Origin: a virus
Lineage: Duplodnaviria; Caudoviricetes
Virus record (IMG/VR): IMGVR_UViG_3300008255_000076
Location: 1-36,311 of that record
Length of the DNA: 36,311 nt
Strand: one strand, 5' to 3'
Positions 16,770 through 26,122 of this stretch are shown in pieces. The position numbers and the translations under genes are program-made. The notes beneath the pieces were generated by a model, which made no database searches, was not told where the DNA came from, and saw only the letters and a program-made list of their open reading frames with translations. Position 1 is the first letter of the stretch; each line of letters opens with the position of its first letter.

Positions 16770-17942
16770 CTAATTGCGGAAAACTGCAATCATAAAGTCC
16801 CCATTTACCGCCGCACCCGTGTCGTCAAAGATAATGATAGTGAAGTCATTTGTCCCGAGCGTGGCAACCTTTGCGACATATGCTCCCGACCCCGAGGCAC
16901 GCAAGGCTGTTGCTTGTATGTTGTAGTTGGAACTTCCCCAATTATGGGTCAAGGTGTAGTTCCCTGTTGAGGGATTTGAGAGCGAAAATGCACTCACATT
17001 CTGCTTTGAAAGTGTAGTACCACTACAATATGCAGTATAAATACGAGGGACAGGGACACTATTTACATTGACAGTTGTGCCACTAATCGTACCGCTAACT
17101 GAAAGCGTAGTAAGTCCTGAAACAGTCAAAGCATAAAGTGTCGACCATTTTTTACCTGACGAACCAAGGTCATATGAGTTGTCTGCGCTTGGTATCCAAT
17201 CACTTTCAACTTCAAGGTCTGTTGCAATACGGTCTACTGCTGAACCGTCCCCGAACACCATAAAATATCCACCGTACTTGCCATTTATTACATTGAAACC
17301 ATTTGAGGCATTACCTGACGTATCAAAACTTCCTCCGTTTGAGAAAACTGTTGTTGATGAAAAGGCAGAGGCTCCAACTCCTGTATACACCGACAGCCCT
17401 GCACCATCGTCCTGCGCAACAAGATTTATATACCCGTCAGTACCAACCTTATCAGCCTCAAGCACTCCATAAAGGGTACTGCTATCGTAAAACTCAATAC
17501 TGTTAGCAGGCGAGGAGGAAATCTTTATGCGCCTGCCCGACGTTGCTGTTTGAAGCGTACCTCCTGTAATGGTAACGCCCGTGATTGTACCTGCCGTTAT
17601 TGAGCCTATATTTGCACTAATTGCAGAAAGCCCACCACCCCCAATCGTAGTTTGAACATCACCAACAGCGCCGCCTGTCGGTATATATCCACCCAATGTA
17701 ATGTTGTTCGCAACGACATTGCCCTCCATATCAACAGAGAAAGGTGCTGAGGCAAAAGTTTCTGCCCCAAGCCATAACCCTTGTTGGTCAGCACGCAAAA
17801 CCTTTGAACCCATACCAACCTGCAACTCGTTAACGTCCCTGAAAAAATCAGAGCCATAACGTGTATTACTCTTTTCCTCAAGAGGCTGTGTCGGTATGTC
17901 CGTGAATGGACTGATTATTTCGTTTGCAATTTCTGTTGGCAT
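16770..17942 (-). CDS. tail fiber / receptor-binding-like protein
   Basis: Gly/Ser/Thr-rich; ITAGTITGVTITGG repeats; PSADNSYDLGSSGKKW motif. Confidence 0.7.
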   Translation of the reverse strand: MPTEIANEIISPFTDIPTQPLEEKSNTRYGSDFFRDVNELQVGMGSKVLRADQQGLWLGAETFASAPFSVDMEGNVVANNITLGGYIPTGGAVGDVQTTIGGGGLSAISANIGSITAGTITGVTITGGTLQTATSGRRIKISSSPANSIEFYDSSTLYGVLEADKVGTDGYINLVAQDDGAGLSVYTGVGASAFSSTTVFSNGGSFDTSGNASNGFNVINGKYGGYFMVFGDGSAVDRIATDLEVESDWIPSADNSYDLGSSGKKWSTLYALTVSGLTTLSVSGTISGTTVNVNSVPVPRIYTAYCSGTTLSKQNVSAFSLSNPSTGNYTLTHNWGSSNYNIQATALRASGSGAYVAKVATLGTNDFTIIIFDDTGAAVNGDFMIAVFRN

Positions 17943-17943
17943 A

Positions 17944-18063
17944 TTATTTTTCTCTTTTTTGCTTTCGCTTCTCTATATTTCCAACAATCAAAAGTTGTCT
18001 TTTCTGCACGATTTTTTCACGCTCTTTCTTTGTGATTTTTTTTGTTGGTTGTTCTTTTGCCAT
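17944..18063 (-). CDS. 39 aa Lys-rich peptide (not in ORF track)
   Basis: MAKEQPTKKITKKEREKIVQKRQLLIVGNIEKRKQKEKK; exactly fills the gap between two tail genes. Confidence 0.55.
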   Translation of the reverse strand: MAKEQPTKKITKKEREKIVQKRQLLIVGNIEKRKQKREK

Positions 18064-18068
18064 AAATA

Positions 18069-19487
18069 TTATGTGTTTACACCGATTTCCACGACCTCAA
18101 TTTCAGGGGCGGTGTTGCCTGACGCAATAAGGCTCGTCTTAACCTGCGCTCTCGTTGCGTCGTTGATGTCAACCGAGGTTGCGACCAACATACGCTTCGT
18201 ATCAACCTTGGAAGTGATTGCCGAACTGAACACGGTGTCGGCGTTCACTTTCTTACGAACCTCAATGCTTGTATTTGCAGGCAAGAGGCGATAGCAAGAC
18301 TGCACAAGCCCGTAATTGAGGAGCGAAGTACGGTCAGCCATAATCACTCGCGTAACGAAGTACGCGACGGTTGCCTTTGCGGTGAGGTCAAGCACGTCCA
18401 CTCCGTAGGTGGTTCCTCCCGTGGTGTCTTTCCACCCCACGAGGAACTGGTCAGCGCTTAGTTGGCAAATAGAGCCTATTTCAACGCCTGAAAGGTTGCC
18501 TGTTGAAATTGCATACTCAAGGTTCAGCACGAACGGATAGTTGCGGTTGGTACGCGCAAGCGAGTACACGCCTTGGTTCGTAGGATTGCCCGAGACATTG
18601 GAAAGCCCAAAGAGGGGCATACCGTTGAAGTTGAACTTTGCGTTGGGGTGAACGTACGCCTTTGCAGAGCCTGTATACACGCCCTTAATGGTCTTATATT
18701 CCTCAAGCGAGGTTCCATTGTAAAAGTAGAGATTTCCCTTGGTTCCTGCGTTCACAATCACGTTATTGTCCGTATCAAGGAAGCAGTTAACGCCCACCTC
18801 GGGGATACTGTCAGAGGTTGAAAATGACACACTCCAAGTGTTCCACCTGATTATTTCAGTCTCGGTAACGTTGTCTGAAACGTAGGTACCAATGAGCAAG
18901 TCAGTGTTCATTTTGCCGAGGCTCTTAATCCTCAAAGGAGCCGCAATATCAAGGGCGTTTGCAGAGAACGTGCCTGCGTCAACCTGTGCGACGTAGTTCT
19001 TGTCTCCGATATACAGCACGAGGCTCACAATTTTCATTGGGTGCCAACTTGCGTCTGTGTTTGTAAATGTTGCCCAACTGTCATTTCGGGTACTCCACGC
19101 AGTACCGATTTGCCAACGTCCAAGACGCGACTGCATAGCGTAGTAGATATAGCCTTGGTACTCTGCGGCGTCCAAGATACCGACTGCGCCTGCCGCAGGT
19201 GCCGCCGTTGCCTCCAATGACCAAGTGCCACCGCTTGTGCGCTTCCATATCTTGCCGTTGGTTGAGCCAAAGTGGTATGTATTTCCGTCAGAGCAAGAAA
19301 CCCGTGCCTTAACAAGGTCGTCAACGGTAGAGCCACTGTCCTTTGTCAGTTTTTGGTTTACCTTAATGACACCGCCCTCCGAGTGAATGTCCAAGCCCAC
19401 CATTTCAGCAACCGAGTTCTCGGCGCCCAAATAATCACTATCCGCTATGCCGCCTAAGTTTAGGTTCTTAATTTCAATCTTAGCCAT
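18069..19487 (-). CDS. tail nozzle / tubular-B-like beta-rich structural protein
   Basis: 472 aa, beta-propeller-like composition, tail module position. Confidence 0.6.
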   Translation of the reverse strand: MAKIEIKNLNLGGIADSDYLGAENSVAEMVGLDIHSEGGVIKVNQKLTKDSGSTVDDLVKARVSCSDGNTYHFGSTNGKIWKRTSGGTWSLEATAAPAAGAVGILDAAEYQGYIYYAMQSRLGRWQIGTAWSTRNDSWATFTNTDASWHPMKIVSLVLYIGDKNYVAQVDAGTFSANALDIAAPLRIKSLGKMNTDLLIGTYVSDNVTETEIIRWNTWSVSFSTSDSIPEVGVNCFLDTDNNVIVNAGTKGNLYFYNGTSLEEYKTIKGVYTGSAKAYVHPNAKFNFNGMPLFGLSNVSGNPTNQGVYSLARTNRNYPFVLNLEYAISTGNLSGVEIGSICQLSADQFLVGWKDTTGGTTYGVDVLDLTAKATVAYFVTRVIMADRTSLLNYGLVQSCYRLLPANTSIEVRKKVNADTVFSSAITSKVDTKRMLVATSVDINDATRAQVKTSLIASGNTAPEIEVVEIGVNT

Positions 19488-19917
19488 AAATGTATTTTGG
19501 TATTAACTTCGCGTGCTTACGACTGTTGCACGAGCCGCAAAGCGGTTGGATATTCTCAATGTTGTCAGAGCCTCCTTTTGAGATAGGCACAATATGGTCT
19601 TGAGTAAGGATAATTTCAGGCTCACTTTTACAACAACAAGGACACGTCCAATTATACTGCGCCTTAAGTGTCTCCCACTCGTCAAACGTGTGTGAACCTT
19701 GGGCGCCTCGTATGCTCGTCTTGTATTTTGACTTATAAAAACGTATATATTCTTTGCTTTTTGAAATACCCCCCTTGTAGTTGTGAGGAACAACACCTTT
19801 TGGGAAATGGGTACGACCAGAGTTTGTCATTACTGACTTACCCTTATTCCAAGGTACATTACCCTGCTTAAAGTGGGTTCTGCCTGTATTTAGTGTTTTG
19901 CCTTTAATTTTAGCCAT
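19480..19917 (-). CDS. HNH homing endonuclease with NUMOD-like N-terminal repeats
   Basis: CPCC...DHIVPISKGGSDNIENIQPLCGSCNSRK; two GRTHF.KG..P.N repeats. Confidence 0.92.
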   Translation of the reverse strand: MAKIKGKTLNTGRTHFKQGNVPWNKGKSVMTNSGRTHFPKGVVPHNYKGGISKSKEYIRFYKSKYKTSIRGAQGSHTFDEWETLKAQYNWTCPCCCKSEPEIILTQDHIVPISKGGSDNIENIQPLCGSCNSRKHAKLIPKYIYG

Positions 19918-19920
19918 ATA

Positions 19921-20229
19921 TTACCGTGTTAATTTATCCAAAATGACTGCTTGTTGCGTCTGCAATACGTTGATTTGAGACTGCTGTGCCTCAACCAGTC
20001 GCACCACGTCCTTAACCTCTTGTGAGAGGTCTTGAATGTGCGCAGAGTGGTTTGAGTTGATTATTGCAATGTCTTTTTGAATGAGTGCCAAGTCCTGTTT
20101 CATTCCGTAGTACGGCGCGACCACGCCAACAACGAAACCAACAATGCCAATCACAAACTTTGCCTCACTTGAGAGGATTGCCCTTATCAAGTTTGAGGTG
20201 TTGCTTGTGTTTTCGTTGGTCTTTTTCAT
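19921..20229 (-). CDS. single-TM coiled-coil protein
   Basis: FVIGIVGFVVGVVAP followed by a heptad pattern. Confidence 0.7.
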   Translation of the reverse strand: MKKTNENTSNTSNLIRAILSSEAKFVIGIVGFVVGVVAPYYGMKQDLALIQKDIAIINSNHSAHIQDLSQEVKDVVRLVEAQQSQINVLQTQQAVILDKLTR

Positions 20230-20248
20230 AGCGAGTAATGGTTAATTG

Positions 20249-22333
20249 TTAAACGGCTCTTGGTTGCGCAGTCCATTCTGCGTCCCCGTTCACACGAGGT
20301 TGCGCAGTCCACACGCCACCGACCCTACGAGGCGTCTGCACCGAGAACGTTGCTGTCAGCACCGAGGCGCTGACTTCAACGTTCATAATCGCGGTTACGG
20401 TAGGAGTAGGGAGACTGAATGTGGCAGTCAGAACGCTTGGTACTGCGATTGCATTTACCTCACCTGTAACAGTTGGAGCAGGGATACTGAACGTTGCTAC
20501 CAACGCGCTCGGGCTGACCGTGATATTGCTTATGGCGTCAATCGTAGGGGCAGGGGTAGAGAATGTGGCTGTAAGGACTGTAGCGGCTATTGAGGCGTCA
20601 ATTTGGACGCTTGAAGCAGGCATTGAGAACGTTGCCGTGAGTACGCTTGCTTCTACGTTTGCGGCACCCGAAACGTCAGGAGCAGGTGTGCTAAAGGTCG
20701 CTGTAAGCACGCCTGCGTCCACTTGAGCGTCAGGGGTAATGATATTGACCGCAGGAATACTAAACGTCGCTGTGAGGGCATTTGGAGCCACATTAGCCCC
20801 TCCTGAAATAGCAGGGTCGGGTGCGTCAAAGGTTGCTGTCAGGACGCTTGGGCTGACCGTCGCACCTCCTGAAAGAGAGGGAGCAGGAGTAGAGAGGGTC
20901 GCAGTAAGCACGGTTGCACTCACCGAAACGCTTGTTGAAGCACTGAAAGCAAGTCCTGACCCGTCGTTATAGAGGTCAAGAATATCGCCGTAATGGAGCG
21001 CCCTGCCATAAATTGCAACCTCGTCCAAAAGTCCGTCGTAGAAACCTGAAACTCCAGTGTCATACGCACCAATCGTGAGTTGTGCTGTACCACCCGTATA
21101 CATTGAAGTATTTAATCCACTTGTTTGACCCATAAGGACACCGTTCACATACGCGTAAAGTACGCCTGTCTGAAAAACCCAAGCCATATGGTACCAAGTG
21201 CCAGTAGATAGAGTTCCAACGTTTACTTGAATGTTACCTGTCGTTGTTGCGTTACCGCCACCTGACGAGTTGTAGGCACCCATAAGGTGAGCACCACCAC
21301 TCTCAAATACACGCAAAGCCCAAACTCTGTTTGCGTTGTCGTCAGGGTCTCGGTTTGCAACCGTTATGTTTCCACCTCCTGTTGGTAGGGTTTCAAAGTT
21401 AAACCACCCTGCAAAGGAAAAGTCGCCTGATATTTCAAGCGCGGCGGCGTCTGCCTTAGATAGATACTCACTGTTTGAAGCCTCAAAATCTGCGGCATTA
21501 CTTATTTTTCCAGTACCACTTAAAACTGTGTTGTTGTCAGTAAGGTCAAGGTTGTTCGCGGTACTGTCCTCTCGTGTACCGCTTGTTTCGTCCATATCAT
21601 AAAAAGCAACGAGGTTTGTTTCAAGATATGTACTACCTGAAATGTCAGGTGCGTCCTCCCAAGGAATGTTCGTTGTGAAAGTAGGAGAACCACTTGCTGT
21701 GAGCGTATTGCCACCACCCGAGGCGTCTGTATATGCGTTGTTTAGGTTCCACTCGCCCTTTAGGTTCGCATTACTGACACTTTCAGTGTGTGCGTCTGCG
21801 GCAATCTCTGCGGCGGTGCGCAGGTCGTCAAAGAAACGTACGTCCTTAATTTGACCGTCAAAAAACAGAGCAGGGGTTGTTGCTTGGTCGGCACCAATAC
21901 CAAATGGGCGTCCTGTGTTTACAACAGAAGCCGCCGTTGCCACGGTACTTGCCATTTCTTTCCCGTTAAGCCAAATCTTTACGGCTGTATTTCCTTGAAA
22001 AGTACCTGCGACGTGATACCAAACACCAACGTCAAGAGTTACTGTTGCGACAGCGTATTTACCGACCCCTGACTGACGAACACCGAACACAAGACGCCTA
22101 GCGGTGTCGTTATCGTACCAAAGTCCGTACTGCCAAGTGCTGTCGCTTTCTGCGATAGAAATGCCACCCTTACAGGCTATAAAATAATAACCGCTTGAAG
22201 CAGGCAGGCTCTCAAGTTTAATCCACGCTTCAAGCGTAAAGTCCCCTGACGGGTCAAGTCCAGTTTGCGAAGCGTCAGCAATACTCGCGTATTGGCTACT
22301 GCCGCTTTCTAGGTCTAAAGAGTGGGTTTGCAT
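20249..22333 (-). CDS. tail protein with two LamG (concanavalin-like) domains and a C-terminal repeat stalk
   Basis: FTLEAWIK...WYHVAGT...FDGQIKDVRF and FSFAGW...WYHMAWV...YDGLLDEVAIY; start moved to ATG 22333. Confidence 0.85.
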   Translation of the reverse strand: MQTHSLDLESGSSQYASIADASQTGLDPSGDFTLEAWIKLESLPASSGYYFIACKGGISIAESDSTWQYGLWYDNDTARRLVFGVRQSGVGKYAVATVTLDVGVWYHVAGTFQGNTAVKIWLNGKEMASTVATAASVVNTGRPFGIGADQATTPALFFDGQIKDVRFFDDLRTAAEIAADAHTESVSNANLKGEWNLNNAYTDASGGGNTLTASGSPTFTTNIPWEDAPDISGSTYLETNLVAFYDMDETSGTREDSTANNLDLTDNNTVLSGTGKISNAADFEASNSEYLSKADAAALEISGDFSFAGWFNFETLPTGGGNITVANRDPDDNANRVWALRVFESGGAHLMGAYNSSGGGNATTTGNIQVNVGTLSTGTWYHMAWVFQTGVLYAYVNGVLMGQTSGLNTSMYTGGTAQLTIGAYDTGVSGFYDGLLDEVAIYGRALHYGDILDLYNDGSGLAFSASTSVSVSATVLTATLSTPAPSLSGGATVSPSVLTATFDAPDPAISGGANVAPNALTATFSIPAVNIITPDAQVDAGVLTATFSTPAPDVSGAANVEASVLTATFSMPASSVQIDASIAATVLTATFSTPAPTIDAISNITVSPSALVATFSIPAPTVTGEVNAIAVPSVLTATFSLPTPTVTAIMNVEVSASVLTATFSVQTPRRVGGVWTAQPRVNGDAEWTAQPRAV
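20330..20935 (-). repeat. nine 22-24 aa tandem protein repeats (V..sVLTATFS.PAP)
   Basis: Counted in the translation; the DNA copies are diverged at synonymous sites. Confidence 0.85.
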
Positions 22334-22347
22334 ATCGTAGTTTGTTT

Positions 22348-22456
22348 TGAGCGTTCCAACGCTCACCACTAACGGTTACGGTATGGCGATTTACTTTCTC
22401 AAGTATACACCGTACCCGTCAGGGTGTGAGGATTTGAACAGGCGCCTATCCACCCT
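22348..22456 (-). ncRNA. candidate structured RNA B (intergenic)
   Basis: AGGGTG/CACCCT stem enclosing GTTCAAATCC; 13-nt helix 22372-22384/22407-22419 capped by TACTT-GAGA-AAGTA; hairpin 22348-22365. Confidence 0.55.
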
Positions 22457-22467
22457 CGCGTGTCGGC

Positions 22468-22890
22468 TTAGTTGAGGTTCAAAATACCCTCCGCATTCCA
22501 CGCAATCGTGAATGTTCCTGCGGTAGAGATTTTATCAGCCAGAAAGTCAACATACGCAATAAGTGCAGAAGTGCCTGCGACACCTGTGTCCTTGTAGATA
22601 ACTGCGGCACGCGCCGTTATCGTAGCTGTTGTCCAAGAGGTGTCAGCCGCGTCAAACACACCCTCATTGTCGGTGTTGTCTGCCGTTACTGTTACGCTCC
22701 CGAGCGTTGCACCACCTGCCGTATACCCTGTTCCCGTTACTTCGTTAGTAACGTCAGAGAACATAGTGTGCAGGTCTTGGTCAGGGGCGTAGGTAGAGGT
22801 AACGAGAGCAACCTTTATGGTGTCGGTGTCAAGGTCAATGCCTCCACTCATTATCAACTTTTTAAAGTTGTTGAATATTACGTCAGCCAT
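22468..22890 (-). CDS. phage tail-associated structural protein
   Basis: MADVIFNNFK...IDLDTDTIKVALV...GYTAGG...FTIAWNAEGI, a pattern common in phage minor tail proteins; start ATG 22890. Confidence 0.75.
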   Translation of the reverse strand: MADVIFNNFKKLIMSGGIDLDTDTIKVALVTSTYAPDQDLHTMFSDVTNEVTGTGYTAGGATLGSVTVTADNTDNEGVFDAADTSWTTATITARAAVIYKDTGVAGTSALIAYVDFLADKISTAGTFTIAWNAEGILNLN

Positions 22891-22891
22891 A

Positions 22892-23215
22892 TTAGTTGTC
22901 GTTATCTCCACCAAAACGCTCTGCAAGTTCGTCCTCCTTTTCAGCAATTTTCGCGTCCAACAGAGGCAAACGAGCCTCGGTCTCAACGCGCTTTTCATTG
23001 AGCCTAGCAATTTCAGCAACAAGTGCCTCCTTTGTCAGTTCAATTTCGCCGTTAACACGTCGGAAGCCACGGCGTCCCTCAAGTATCTCGCGTACCTTAG
23101 CCTGCACGGGTGCAGAGAGGCTTGCGAGTTCCGCCTGTCCCTCCTCGGAACGACGGTAAGACTTGTCTTGGGAGCAGTAGGCTTCTGCCTGTGCTTTGAT
23201 GTCCTTTTTTTCCAT
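22892..23215 (-). CDS. coiled-coil hypothetical protein
   Basis: Start moved to ATG 23215 (MEKKDIK). Confidence 0.7.
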   Translation of the reverse strand: MEKKDIKAQAEAYCSQDKSYRRSEEGQAELASLSAPVQAKVREILEGRRGFRRVNGEIELTKEALVAEIARLNEKRVETEARLPLLDAKIAEKEDELAERFGGDNDN

Positions 23216-23234
23216 AGCGTTATGGTTAGGTTGG

Positions 23235-23951
23235 TTAATAATTTGAGCCGTCATTGTAGGGAACGGCACCCGTGTTCTGCCTGTCTAGGTTTGTACCCTT
23301 GATAGAGTTCAAAACCAATTGCAGGTCTTTGTCGTAAGACAATTCCTTTTCAGTCAGAGGTATGGGCTTTTCCTTAGAGTTCTTGTAATCAATGATTACC
23401 GCCCTCGCCCATATCTCGTGCGCCTCTCTTGGCATACCGTGTGTGGTTGTAGTTGGGTCAACTGACATATCGTCAGTAGACGCCAATTTTGCCTCCGTAA
23501 GGTCAGCAGGAAACTGGATTGCCCAAAGTTTCAAGCCGTTAGTTACGTCCAGTATCGCCTCGCCTGTGTAGAGCCACAGAGACTTGCGGAAAATATCAAA
23601 TTGATACTTGCCACTGAAAGCCAACCGTATGTCTGCCTCAACCGTCGTACCCCTGTACGAGGTCATATCAAACTCGGTAAACTTTTTGAACTCTGCACCT
23701 CCGTTTGCAACACTCGCCTCCACCGCTTTGATGTTGGAGAGAATTGACGCAGGGAATGAATACTCACGCACGTCAGCCTCAAGGTCTCGCAGGTACCACA
23801 TTCCGAAAATATCCTCATTGGTCTTTGCGATTTCCTTTGCCAAATCGTCTTTTTTGACGTTTGCCAAAGCAACCAACTCGGCGTCAGTCAGCGTTGTGCT
23901 GTCCGTTTTCGTATGGAACCTTATGTATGTTGCGAACTCGGTGTATTTCAT
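23235..23951 (-). CDS. putative head-tail adaptor / tail tubular A
   Basis: 238 aa; first gene after the head module; helical N-terminus. Confidence 0.55.
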   Translation of the reverse strand: MKYTEFATYIRFHTKTDSTTLTDAELVALANVKKDDLAKEIAKTNEDIFGMWYLRDLEADVREYSFPASILSNIKAVEASVANGGAEFKKFTEFDMTSYRGTTVEADIRLAFSGKYQFDIFRKSLWLYTGEAILDVTNGLKLWAIQFPADLTEAKLASTDDMSVDPTTTTHGMPREAHEIWARAVIIDYKNSKEKPIPLTEKELSYDKDLQLVLNSIKGTNLDRQNTGAVPYNDGSNY

Positions 23952-23981
23952 TGAGGTTTACGTTAGAACTCTGATAATGGC

Positions 23982-24030
23982 TCCCTGTCCCACCCCAACC
24001 CCCCGTGAGAGGGGCTGAAAGGGACAAGGA
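23982..24030 (-). other. long G-U-containing RNA hairpin at the head/tail module boundary
   Basis: Minus strand TCCTTGTCCC...GGGACAGGGA with inner TTTCAGCCCC/GGGGTTGGGG; no U-tract. Confidence 0.6.
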
Positions 24031-24040
24031 ACTTGATAGG

Positions 24041-24394
24041 CTAGGAAGTTGTAACTGTGAGCGTCTTTGGTAGTACACGAACAGTTACGGTAGTTGACGC
24101 AAGGTCAAGAGTACCGCCTGTTTCGTTCTGAATACGAACCGTTACGGTGTTTGCTGATTTAACAGCCGCCGAAATGGTCATACCCTGAATGTCTACGCCC
24201 AATGAGGCAACCGCAAAGTCTCCAAGAGCCGCACCTGTTACGGTAACGTCCTTGCTTTCACCTGCGGCGTCAACTAAAGAGCCGACGTCCCAAGTTGCTG
24301 AACCTTGGAGTCCTCCAAAGTCTGCGAGCATTGCTACCAAGAGAGCTTTAAGCTCTGCGTGGGACATTGCACCGCTATCTGTGATTACTGGCAT
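24041..24394 (-). CDS. putative capsid decoration / head fiber protein
   Basis: 117 aa, beta-rich (VTVTGAALGDF...ANTVTVR), near the capsid gene. Confidence 0.55.
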   Translation of the reverse strand: MPVITDSGAMSHAELKALLVAMLADFGGLQGSATWDVGSLVDAAGESKDVTVTGAALGDFAVASLGVDIQGMTISAAVKSANTVTVRIQNETGGTLDLASTTVTVRVLPKTLTVTTS

Positions 24395-24431
24395 AGTAGT
24401 TTTTAGTTAATTGGTTAGTAATGTTTTCGGC

Positions 24432-25049
24432 TTATCCAAGCGCCTCGTCGGTACTCATACCGTCCTTGAAACGTGGGCGGTCAAGGCGAAACGCCTCTCC
24501 TGCTTCCGTGTTCTCGGGGGTCATATTGTAGTGAGCCTCAATGATGTCAGCGACACCCTGTGGCACCGTACAATACTCGCCTTTCGGCAGTACCATTCTG
24601 TAACCGTTTATAGTTACGCTTTCAAAGGCGCTCTTTGAGCCTTTTTTCTCGCCAATTCCAAGCGGAATAAAGATACGAACCTTTGGCTGTTTTGCGAGTG
24701 CCGCCTTAACAGTCATTTGGTCTGCACTGATTTCCGCTTCAATGGAACTTGCAGAGCGACGCTTTGGCGCTTCCCTCTGAATGAGGGGCTTTTCCTCCTC
24801 GTCGTCGGCTTCCTCGTCCTCCTCAACTTCGGCTTTCGCCTTAGCCTTAGTGGGCTTGGTTGCCTTGCCTCCCTTTGACGCCTTTGCAGGCTTCTTAGCA
24901 GGCTCCTCCTCGTCGGCTTCGTCAGCCTCGTCGGTCTCGTCCTCCGCTTCCTCCTCGTCGGTTTCAGCGTCGGTGGTTTCCTCCTCGTCCTCAAGAACTT
25001 CGTCGTCCTCAAGAGCAGGATTTGCCTTTTTCTTAGTGTCCTTTGGCAT
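24432..25049 (-). CDS. protein with an acidic disordered N-half and a folded C-terminal domain
   Basis: D/E tracts, then VTINGY...PKG...VPQGVADII; directly follows the MCP gene. Confidence 0.75.
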   Translation of the reverse strand: MPKDTKKKANPALEDDEVLEDEEETTDAETDEEEAEDETDEADEADEEEPAKKPAKASKGGKATKPTKAKAKAEVEEDEEADDEEEKPLIQREAPKRRSASSIEAEISADQMTVKAALAKQPKVRIFIPLGIGEKKGSKSAFESVTINGYRMVLPKGEYCTVPQGVADIIEAHYNMTPENTEAGEAFRLDRPRFKDGMSTDEALG

Positions 25050-25107
25050 AATTTTAATCGTTATATGCGGTTAATAATTGTGGGCTTTGGCTCCTAAGTT
25101 ATAGGGC

Positions 25108-26079
25108 TTACGCCGTTACACCGTGTTCAATACGAGTAAGGAAGTCGTTGTTGAGGATTTTAGCCACAAACGTAATCTTCCAACCCGAAGTTGCACGCTG
25201 GTCAAGTGGGTCGTCAGTACCTGCGGAACCAAGAGGCTTCACAATGTTTTTGACGGCTTCACCTGAAACACGAGTTGTACCGTACGCCTCTGCACCGAAA
25301 ATAATCGTTGCGTAAACGTCAGCAGAACTCTCTCCCTCGCCTGTGAACACCTTAGCGTTAGGGCTTTCAACGAAGCGAACCTCGTCTACTGCTCCAACCT
25401 CGTTGTCCATAGCCTTTTTGGTACTTGCGTACTTCTCAACAGGCACCCAACCAGTTACGCCCTTGAGGTCGTAAGTAGTGTTTGGGTGAACCAGTCCAAT
25501 GAAAGCCGCGTTGATAGGGGTAGTGTTAATACCAGTATCAGCGTTAATCATTCGGCTGATTTTGCGTGCCTTGTTGTTCTTAAGGAGGCGTACTGCCTTT
25601 TTAATGAACACGTCAGTAATGATGTCGGTTGCCGCAACGTGTGAACGCTGTGTTGAACCTGACCCGACGTAGAACACAGAAGTACCTGCGGCAAGAATGT
25701 CGCGAGTAATCTGGTCAATCGTGTCTCCCATTTGGTCGCCGAGGATTTCCGCAGTTTCCATAAGGATAGGGTCTTCGCTTTCGTAGTCCAGTACGTCAGT
25801 AATGGTTACGAAGTCTCCGTACTGCGCCACTGTTGCAGTGATGTCAGTAACAGAAAGTGAAGAACCTGTCGGGGTAACTCCCTCCGTGAGTGCGGTTGTA
25901 GCCGCAGTAAGATTGCCGTAACGTCGGAACTTGATAGTTGACGTACCTGCCTTTCGCGGAATGTCGCGAACCTGCGCCCACTGCGCGTGTATAAACGCAG
26001 GTACGGCACGCATAAGAAGTGTCTTGTCATAAAAGACGTTCACTTCGGCAGGGATTTGAGTACGAGTTGTATTTCCCAT
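25108..26079 (-). CDS. major capsid protein (N4-gp56-like family)
   Basis: TIKFRRY...LTEGVTP...QYG...DPLDQRATSGWK. Confidence 0.9.
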   Translation of the reverse strand: MGNTTRTQIPAEVNVFYDKTLLMRAVPAFIHAQWAQVRDIPRKAGTSTIKFRRYGNLTAATTALTEGVTPTGSSLSVTDITATVAQYGDFVTITDVLDYESEDPILMETAEILGDQMGDTIDQITRDILAAGTSVFYVGSGSTQRSHVAATDIITDVFIKKAVRLLKNNKARKISRMINADTGINTTPINAAFIGLVHPNTTYDLKGVTGWVPVEKYASTKKAMDNEVGAVDEVRFVESPNAKVFTGEGESSADVYATIIFGAEAYGTTRVSGEAVKNIVKPLGSAGTDDPLDQRATSGWKITFVAKILNNDFLTRIEHGVTA

Positions 26080-26122
26080 TTTAGTAATGCTTAGACTTAG
26101 TAATGTTGTTAATCAGCCAGTG

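Noticed and set aside
20548-20555. KOPS motif GGGCAGGG guiding the phage FtsK
   Set aside because: Only one copy noticed, inside a gene, and the motor lacks the gamma domain that reads KOPS
22395-22425. Hammerhead ribozyme (CUGACGG...GAAA)
   Set aside because: Core deviates from CUGANGA and the helices do not fit the hammerhead topology
22421-22456. tRNA gene suggested by GTTCAAATCC
   Set aside because: No D arm, anticodon arm or acceptor stem at tRNA spacing
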